A DNA stretch of 55,599 bases, filler included, from Thermodesulfobacteriota bacterium (GTDB taxonomy: Bacteria > DASVDK01), in assembly GCA_036381125.1 (NCBI GenBank). It is 3 parts of 3 records of this genome, joined end to end, with 100 filler letters (N's around TTAATTAATTAA, not from the genome) between each part and the next. Parts side by side here need not be neighbours in the genome. Positions count along the whole stretch, not along the records: positions 39,228 to 55,599 come from DASVDK010000381.1; 2 more parts are not named here. The stretch is one strand, 5' to 3'. The position numbers and the translations under genes are program-made. The notes under the pieces were generated by a model. The model worked only from the letters and a program-made list of their open reading frames with translations. It had not been told where the DNA came from and ran no database searches. Shown here piece by piece: positions 49,874 to 55,599 of the stretch (the stretch's first letter is position 1; the number at the start of each line of letters is the position of its first letter).

Positions 49874-50275
49874 CTACGCCGCCCCGAGGAGGCGCGTGAC
49901 CGCCCCGTGCGCGAGCGTGACGGCCGGCTCGACCCCGAGCACGACCCGGTACCGGTGGCCGAGGCCGGGTGGGCCCTCGGCCGGTGCGACGAGCGCCCGC
50001 GCCTCCTCGCGCAGGGCGCGGATCTCGTCGGCCGTCACCGGATCGTCGGCATCGAGCGCCTCGTCGATGCGCACGACGAGCGTCGAGAGCGGCCGGAGCC
50101 AGGCGAACCAGGGGTGCTCGATCAGCATCTGGAGCATCTCGCCGGCCGAAACCGTCCGGCCGTGGTCGCGCTCGTACGTCGCGCGCTCGGCGTCGACGAG
50201 CGCCTTGTGCAGCCGCAGGAGCGCCTGCCGCAGGTCGCGGAGGGCGGTCGCGTCGTGGTCGACGTATCTTGACAT
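49874..50275 (-). CDS. Hypothetical helical protein
   Basis: LRQALLRLHKALVDAERATYE...PWFAWLRPLS; protein-like composition; GAGG upstream. Confidence 0.7.
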   Translation of the reverse strand: MSRYVDHDATALRDLRQALLRLHKALVDAERATYERDHGRTVSAGEMLQMLIEHPWFAWLRPLSTLVVRIDEALDADDPVTADEIRALREEARALVAPAEGPPGLGHRYRVVLGVEPAVTLAHGAVTRLLGAA

Positions 50276-50363
50276 GCCGCTCGCCCACCTCTCTGGTAGA
50301 CTGGTCAACGTTGCACGTCGTTGCATTGCACGTCTCGTTCCACGGGATCGGGGGGACCGGGAG

Positions 50364-51359
50364 ATGACGACGATCCGGATCTGGATCGCGGCCGTGCTCG
50401 CCGTGGCGGCGGTGCTGGCCACGGGCCCGGCGGACGCCGCGGCGCCGCTCAAGAAGATCAGCTTCCTCACCAACTACGTCTTCCACGGCCGGCACTCGCC
50501 GTACTTCGTCGGCCTCGAGAAGGGCTTCTACCGGGAGGCCGGCTTCGACATCCAGATCTCCCCGGCCACCGGCAGCGGCTTCGTCGTGTCGGCCGTCGAC
50601 GGCGGCAAGGCCGACTACGGCATGGCCGAGGCCACGCCGGTCGTCCAGGCCGTGGCCAAGGGGGCCAGGGTCAAGGGCTTCGCCGTCTTCATGGACATCA
50701 CGACGAGCGGCCTCGCCTCGCTCGCCCCCTATCCGACGCCCGATTCGGTTGCCGGCAAGACGATCGCCGCCTCGCTGACCGACAGCGCCCGGATCATCCT
50801 GCCGATCATCTTCAGCCAGAAGGGGCTCGACCCCGCGTCGATCAGGTGGGAGGCGGCCGATCCGGGCGTCTACTTCTCGCTCCTGCTCGACGGGCGGGTG
50901 GACCTCTTCACCGCCTCGATCGACGGTGACGTGCCGGCGCTCGCGCGGGTTGCCGAGCCGCGGGGCAAGAGCGTGCACTTCGCCTCGTTCGCCGACTGGG
51001 GCTACGATGTCTTCGGGTACTTCCTCGTGGCCAGCGCCGACCGGATCGCCAGACAACCGGACGAGGTGCGAGCCTTCGCCTCCGCCACGGCCAGGGCCGT
51101 GACGTACGCGATCCGGAACCCGGAGGAGGCGGCCCGGATCATGGTCAAGCACAACCCCACGCTGAACTACGACACGACGCTCGCGCAGTGGCGCCAGTCG
51201 ATCAAGGCGATCGACACGCCGTACGTGAAGCGGCACGGCTACGGCGTGGCCACGCCCGACCGCATCCAGCGGACGATCGACCTCGTCAAGCAGGCCTTCA
51301 AGCTCGACGCGTCGCTCGAGCCGGCCGACGTCTACGCCACCGGCCTCGTCGCACCCTAG
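50364..51359 (+). CDS. ABC transporter substrate-binding protein (NMT1/THI5, NitT/TauT family)
   Basis: Signal peptide; HSPYFVGLEKGFYREAGFDI; NPEEAA; upstream of ATPase and permease genes. Confidence 0.9.
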   Translation: MTTIRIWIAAVLAVAAVLATGPADAAAPLKKISFLTNYVFHGRHSPYFVGLEKGFYREAGFDIQISPATGSGFVVSAVDGGKADYGMAEATPVVQAVAKGARVKGFAVFMDITTSGLASLAPYPTPDSVAGKTIAASLTDSARIILPIIFSQKGLDPASIRWEAADPGVYFSLLLDGRVDLFTASIDGDVPALARVAEPRGKSVHFASFADWGYDVFGYFLVASADRIARQPDEVRAFASATARAVTYAIRNPEEAARIMVKHNPTLNYDTTLAQWRQSIKAIDTPYVKRHGYGVATPDRIQRTIDLVKQAFKLDASLEPADVYATGLVAP

Positions 51360-51375
51360 CGCAGCCGCCCGGCGC

Positions 51376-52134
51376 ATGTCGTCTGCCGCCATCACCGTCG
51401 ATGGCCTGGCCAAGTCCTTCGGGGCGAGCCAGGCCATCCGGGACCTCTCGTTCGAGGTCCGCGAGAACGAATTCGTCACCCTCGTCGGCCCGAGCGGCTG
51501 CGGCAAGTCCACCTGCCTTCGGATCGTGGCCGGCCTCGTCGCGCCGACGAGCGGCCGCGTCGAGGTCCGCGGCCGGCCGGTCACCGGCCCCCTGCGGCAC
51601 GTCGGCATGGTCTTCCAGTCGCCGGTGCTCCTGCCGTGGCGCAACGCGCTCGGCAACGTCCTCTTCACGGCCGAGATGGCGGGCGAGTCCCCCCGCGACC
51701 ATCAGCCGCGCGCGCTCGAGCTGATCCGGCTCGCGAAGCTCGACGGCTTCGAGCGGAGCTACCCGCACGAGCTGTCGGGCGGGATGCAGCAACGGGTGGC
51801 GATCTGCCGTGCGCTGCTCCTCGGGCCGTCGCTGCTCTTGATGGACGAGCCGTTCGGCGCACTCGACATCATGACGCGCGAGCAGATGGGCTTCGAGCTG
51901 CAGCGCATCTGGAGCGCGACGCGGACGACCGTGCTCTTCGTGACCCACAGCATCACGGAAGCGGTCCTCCTCTCCGACACGATCGTCGTCATGACCGCCA
52001 GGCCCGGCACCGCACGGGCCGTCATCAAGGTCGACCTGCCGCGCCCGCGCGACGCGGGCACGCTGCGCGATCCCCGCTTCGTCGAGCTGGCCGCGGCGGT
52101 GCGCGACAACATCGAGGCGCAGTGGGTGGAATGA
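51376..52134 (+). CDS. ABC transporter ATP-binding protein (NitT/TauT)
   Basis: Motifs GPSGCGKST, LLPWR, LSGGMQQR, LLMDEPFGALD and FVTHS. Confidence 0.95.
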   Translation: MSSAAITVDGLAKSFGASQAIRDLSFEVRENEFVTLVGPSGCGKSTCLRIVAGLVAPTSGRVEVRGRPVTGPLRHVGMVFQSPVLLPWRNALGNVLFTAEMAGESPRDHQPRALELIRLAKLDGFERSYPHELSGGMQQRVAICRALLLGPSLLLMDEPFGALDIMTREQMGFELQRIWSATRTTVLFVTHSITEAVLLSDTIVVMTARPGTARAVIKVDLPRPRDAGTLRDPRFVELAAAVRDNIEAQWVE

Positions 52135-52901
52135 CGCCGCCCGGACCCCTGCGGAGCGCCGCCGAGACGGCGGCCGGCGTGGTCGCGCTGGTACTGCTCT
52201 GGCAGTTCGGGGCGCCGGCGGCCGGCATCCCCGACTACGTGCTCCCCCTGCCCTCGGTCATCGCTGCCCGGTTCTGGGAGACCCTGCCGGTCCAGGCGCA
52301 GCACATCGGCGTGACCGCGGCGCGCACCACGCTCGGGCTCCTCATGGCGCTCGTCGGCGGGGTCCTCCTCGCGCTGGCGGTCATCTACGTGCGGCCCCTC
52401 AAGGCGATCCTCGTGCCCATCCTCGCCGCCTTCAACAGCATTCCCAAGATCGCCATCGCGCCGCTCTTCGTCATCTGGTTCGGCCTCGGGGCGGAGCCGA
52501 AGGTGCTCCTCGCCTTCCTGCTCGCCCTCTTCCCCATCTTCGTGAACTCGGTCACCGGCCTCGGCGAGATCGAGCCCGACATGCTGGACCTCGCGCGCCT
52601 GTCGGGCGGCAACGAGTGGCGGATCTTCACGAAGGTCCGGCTGCGCAACGCGGTCCCGTACCTGACCGACGCCCTCAAGGTCGCCTTCCCGCTCGCCCTC
52701 GTGGGGACGATCGTCGGCGAGTTCATCGGCGGCAACGTCGGGGTCGGCTACCTGATCCTCTCGGGACAGTTCAACCTCGACACCCCGCTCGTCTTCGCCT
52801 GCCTGCTGTCGATCACGCTCTTCACGACGCTCGCCGTCGGCGCGGTGGCGCTCCTCGAGCGGGTCTTCCTCCGGTGGCGCCCGTCGCGCCGCCGGCGGTA
52901 G
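52131..52901 (+). CDS. ABC transporter permease (SsuC/TauC type)
   Basis: Motifs LPLPS, IPKIAIAPLFVIWFGLG and IVGEFIG...GVGYLI; ATG overlaps the ATPase stop. Confidence 0.93.
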   Translation: MTPPGPLRSAAETAAGVVALVLLWQFGAPAAGIPDYVLPLPSVIAARFWETLPVQAQHIGVTAARTTLGLLMALVGGVLLALAVIYVRPLKAILVPILAAFNSIPKIAIAPLFVIWFGLGAEPKVLLAFLLALFPIFVNSVTGLGEIEPDMLDLARLSGGNEWRIFTKVRLRNAVPYLTDALKVAFPLALVGTIVGEFIGGNVGVGYLILSGQFNLDTPLVFACLLSITLFTTLAVGAVALLERVFLRWRPSRRRR

Positions 52902-52913
52902 GAGCAGTCCCCC

Positions 52914-54299
52914 ATGACGAAGGACCTCAGGTCGTTCCTGCGAGACCTCGAGACGCGCGCACCCGACCTCCTCCTCAGGGTGCAACGGCCGGTGAGCCCG
53001 CGGTGGGAGCTGTCCGCGGTGCAGAAGCGGCTCGAGGCGGAGGGCCGGCTGCCGGTCGTCCTCTTCGATCGGATCGAAGGCCACCGGCTGCCGGTCGTCA
53101 CCAACCTCTTCGCGTCCAAGCGGCACCTCGCGCTCGCCCTCGACACGACGCCGGAGCAGGTGGTCGCCCGGTTCGCCGAGGCCCAGACGCGGCGCATCCC
53201 GCCGCGACAGGTCTCGACCGGGCCGGTGAAGGAAGTCGTGCTCACCGGCGCGGACGCCGACCTGCGCACGCTGCCGATCGTCACGCACTGCGAGAAGGAC
53301 GCCGGCCCCTACCTCACCGCCGGCGTGACGATCGTCCGCGACCTCGCGACCGGCGCCCTCAACGCCGGCATCTACCGCAACCGCGTGCTCTCGCCGACGC
53401 GCGTGACGCTCAACCTGGCGCCGCTCTGCCACGCGTCGGAGATCACGCGCGAGGCCGAGCGGCGCGGCGAGGACGTCGACGCCGCGATCGTCCTCGGGCA
53501 TCACCCGGCGATGGGCATGGCCTCCCAGCAGCGGGGCCGGGTGGGCGAGTTCGAGCTGGAGACCATGGGCGGACTCCTCGGCGAGCCGGTCGACGTGGTC
53601 CCGTGCGAGACGGTCGACGTCCTCGTGCCGGCCGACGCCGAGATCGTCATCGAGGGGAAGGTGCGGACGCGCGAGTGGGAGGACGACGGCCCCTTCGGCG
53701 ACTACTGGCTCTACTACGCGCCGCCCAAGAAGGCGCGCGTGCTCGAGGTCACCGCCATCACCCGCCGGAAGGACGCCATCTTCCACGACGTCTTCAACGT
53801 CGGCCCCGAGCACCTGGTCCTCTTCTCGCTCGGCATGGAGGGCGTGGTCCTCTCGCAGCTCCAGCAGCTCGTCCCGCAGGTCCGGGCCATCAACGTGCCG
53901 GTCTCGGGCTCGGGTAACCTGGTCTACGTCCAGATCCGGAAGGACTTCGAGGGGCTCGGCGTGAACGCGGCGCTCGCGGCCCTCGGCGCCTACCGCTTCA
54001 AGTGCGCCATCGTGGTCGACGAGGACGTCGACATCTACGACGACCGGAAGGTCATCTGGGCGGTCATGACCCGCACGCAGGCGGACCGCTCCTTCTTCAC
54101 GGTCCCCAACTCCTACATCTCGCGCGTCGATCCGACCGGCTACGCCCCCTGGCAGAGCGGCGGCTCGGGCGACCGGCTCCTCAGCACCCGCCTCGGCATC
54201 GACGCCACTCGCCCGCTCGCCCCCGGCTTCCCCGAAGTGGCCGAGCCGCCCCGCGACCTCTGGACCACCCTCGACCTCGCCCGCTACCTGTCCGGCTGA
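52914..54299 (+). CDS. UbiD family prFMN-dependent decarboxylase
   Basis: Motifs DLRSFL, VVTNLF, LP...H...DAGPY, NAGIYR, VPADAEIVIEG, DGPFGD and VDEDVDI; AGGAG RBS. Confidence 0.92.
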   Translation: MTKDLRSFLRDLETRAPDLLLRVQRPVSPRWELSAVQKRLEAEGRLPVVLFDRIEGHRLPVVTNLFASKRHLALALDTTPEQVVARFAEAQTRRIPPRQVSTGPVKEVVLTGADADLRTLPIVTHCEKDAGPYLTAGVTIVRDLATGALNAGIYRNRVLSPTRVTLNLAPLCHASEITREAERRGEDVDAAIVLGHHPAMGMASQQRGRVGEFELETMGGLLGEPVDVVPCETVDVLVPADAEIVIEGKVRTREWEDDGPFGDYWLYYAPPKKARVLEVTAITRRKDAIFHDVFNVGPEHLVLFSLGMEGVVLSQLQQLVPQVRAINVPVSGSGNLVYVQIRKDFEGLGVNAALAALGAYRFKCAIVVDEDVDIYDDRKVIWAVMTRTQADRSFFTVPNSYISRVDPTGYAPWQSGGSGDRLLSTRLGIDATRPLAPGFPEVAEPPRDLWTTLDLARYLSG

Positions 54300-54302
54300 C
54301 AG

Positions 54303-54472
54303 GGGGTCAGGCCTTTCCGTTTTCCACGGGGTCAGGCCTTTCCATTTTCCACGCCTCCCGGTCCGCGAAAGCCCCGAAAACACTGGGGTTCGACCGCGAC
54401 CACGCCGGTAGGTGTCCGGAAATCCTCGGGAACCGAACGCGATCGGCGAGGAGAACGGAAAGGCCTGACCCC
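54303..54472. repeat. REP-like cluster: two tandem copies plus one inverted copy
   Basis: GGGGTCAGGCCTTTCCGTTTTCCA (54303-54326), GGGGTCAGGCCTTTCCATTTTCCA (54328-54351) and inverted GGAGAACGGAAAGGCCTGACCCC (54450-54472). Confidence 0.85.
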
Positions 54473-54481
54473 AGGATCGGC

Positions 54482-55123
54482 TTATCGCCGCTCGATCACG
54501 CCGCAGGCGAGCCGGTCGCCCGAGTCGCCGGCCGGGTCGGTCCGGTAGTCGTCCGGCTTCGCGTGCACCACCATCGCGGCGCCGTCGTCGTCGAAGAGGT
54601 TCGGCGGCGTGCCGGCGGCCGCGCCGGACGCCCCGGTCGCGCCCGCGCCGGACGTGGAGGCGCCGCCGGCGCTCGCCATCGCCGCCCCTCCGAGGGAGAA
54701 CCAGGTCGAGATCATCTCGAAGCGCGCCGTGCCGTCGCCGGCGGCCCAGATGTTCGGAAGCTCGCCGGCGTGCGGGCCGTCCTCGCCGAGCCCGTGCTTC
54801 GCGCCAGCCGGGTTGAAGTGCCCGCCGGCCGCCTGGAAGTCCGGCTCGCACCGGCCGGTCTGATGGGCGTGGATCGCGTGCCAGCCGGGCGGCAGCCCGG
54901 ACAGCTCGCCGCGGATGAGCACGCCCTGAGGGTGCTGGACGAGCGTCACCTCACCGAGGTCCTTGCCGTCCGCGTCCTTCATCTGCGCGTGCGCCTCGGC
55001 CAGCCCGGCCTGGCCCGTCCGGGACGGGCTCTCACCCGACTGCGAGGCGCCCTGACCGTACGCCGTGCCGCCCGCGAGAAGAATGCCGGCCGCGATCGCG
55101 GTTGCGACGAAGAGGCCCGTCAT
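54482..55123 (-). CDS. sodC: Cu/Zn superoxide dismutase family protein, exported
   Basis: Signal peptide; HAIHAH, GGHFNP, KHG, HAGELPN, VVHA and RLACGVI; AGGAGG RBS. Confidence 0.9.
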   Translation of the reverse strand: MTGLFVATAIAAGILLAGGTAYGQGASQSGESPSRTGQAGLAEAHAQMKDADGKDLGEVTLVQHPQGVLIRGELSGLPPGWHAIHAHQTGRCEPDFQAAGGHFNPAGAKHGLGEDGPHAGELPNIWAAGDGTARFEMISTWFSLGGAAMASAGGASTSGAGATGASGAAAGTPPNLFDDDGAAMVVHAKPDDYRTDPAGDSGDRLACGVIERR

Positions 55124-55275
55124 CACCTCGACCTCCTTTTCGAACGGCGCGTGGCGGTTCAGGATCTCGACCGTCGTCCGGGTAGGGCTGACGCCGGCGA
55201 GACGTGTCACGCCGGACGATAGTCGATCGCGGGGAGCCGGCATCTGCTATGTAAGAAATGGGGAGGAGGGGGTGC

Positions 55276-55599
55276 ATGCTCGTCCGTATCCGGCTCCTCG
55301 GGGGCTTCGCCGTCGAGGGGAGCGACGGCCGCCCTGTAGGGCTTCCGACGCGCAAGGCGGCGGCGCTCCTGGCCGTGCTCGCCTCGCGGCCGGGCGCCAC
55401 GTACACGCGCGAACGGCTCGCCGCGCTGCTCTGGTCGCAGAGCGGCGAGGCGCAGGCGCGCGGTAGCCTGCGCCAGGCGCTGGCTCACGTCCGCAAGGCG
55501 CTCGCGGCCGCAGGCTGCGACGCGGCCGTTCAGGAGAGCCGCGGCGAAGGGCTCCGCCTCGTCGCGGACGGCCGCGTCGAGGTCGACGTCGCCCATCCG
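55276..55599 (+). CDS. SARP/BTAD-type transcriptional regulator, N-terminal wHTH (runs off window)
   Basis: My translation: MLVRIRLLGGFAVE...TRKAAALLAVLA...RERLAALLW...QARGSLRQAL; GGAGG RBS. Absent from the ORF track because it has no stop. Confidence 0.85.
   Translation, partial: MLVRIRLLGGFAVEGSDGRPVGLPTRKAAALLAVLASRPGATYTRERLAALLWSQSGEAQARGSLRQALAHVRKALAAAGCDAAVQESRGEGLRLVADGRVEVDVAHP

Noticed and set aside
54303-54472. 24-bp repeats as a mini-CRISPR or IS ends
   Set aside because: Copies are separated by 1 nt or inverted, with no spacers, transposase or clear target duplication; treated as REP-like.

Overview
A very GC-rich bacterial window (over 70% by eye), probably from a Myxococcota/Desulfobacterota-like or similar lineage; taxonomy is tentative. 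It is three contigs joined by artificial N-TTAATTAATTAA-N linkers (27721-27820, 39128-39227), so synteny must not be read across those joins. Contig 1 (1-27720) is mostly housekeeping: groEL 3' end, suhB, a FolK-NagB fusion, a receiver/J-like/TPR protein, a VapBC pair, a long minus-strand run pilZ-gatC-gatA-epimerase-gatB-asmA-mtnA-glnE-ilvE-rsm22-nfo, pcrA/uvrD with a 168-aa mini-intein, and a truncated Cache-HAMP-GAF sensor. Contig 2 (27821-39127) carries a surface-glycosylation locus (two GT39-like enzymes, Wzx, a GT4-GT9-GT2 fusion, a PLD-family lipoprotein with a Thr/Pro repeat tail) and three flavoproteins. Contig 3 (39228-55599) holds the best candidate for a new system. It is a sigma54-driven operon, transporter-yahF/fdrA-yahG/ylbE-atzD-carbamate kinase-deaminase, with a divergent yahE/ylbF gene. 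This looks like an ATP-yielding phosphorolytic route for cyanuric acid or a related cyclic ureide. It is followed by an MRJP-family gene, an Rrf2/TrxB pair, a NitT/TauT ABC transporter with an atypical UbiD, sodC and a truncated SARP-type regulator. A dispersed 24-bp REP-like repeat and many apparently leaderless promoters are also visible. No rRNA, tRNA, CRISPR array or transposase was recognised. All calls come from motif recognition by eye; no database searches were run.
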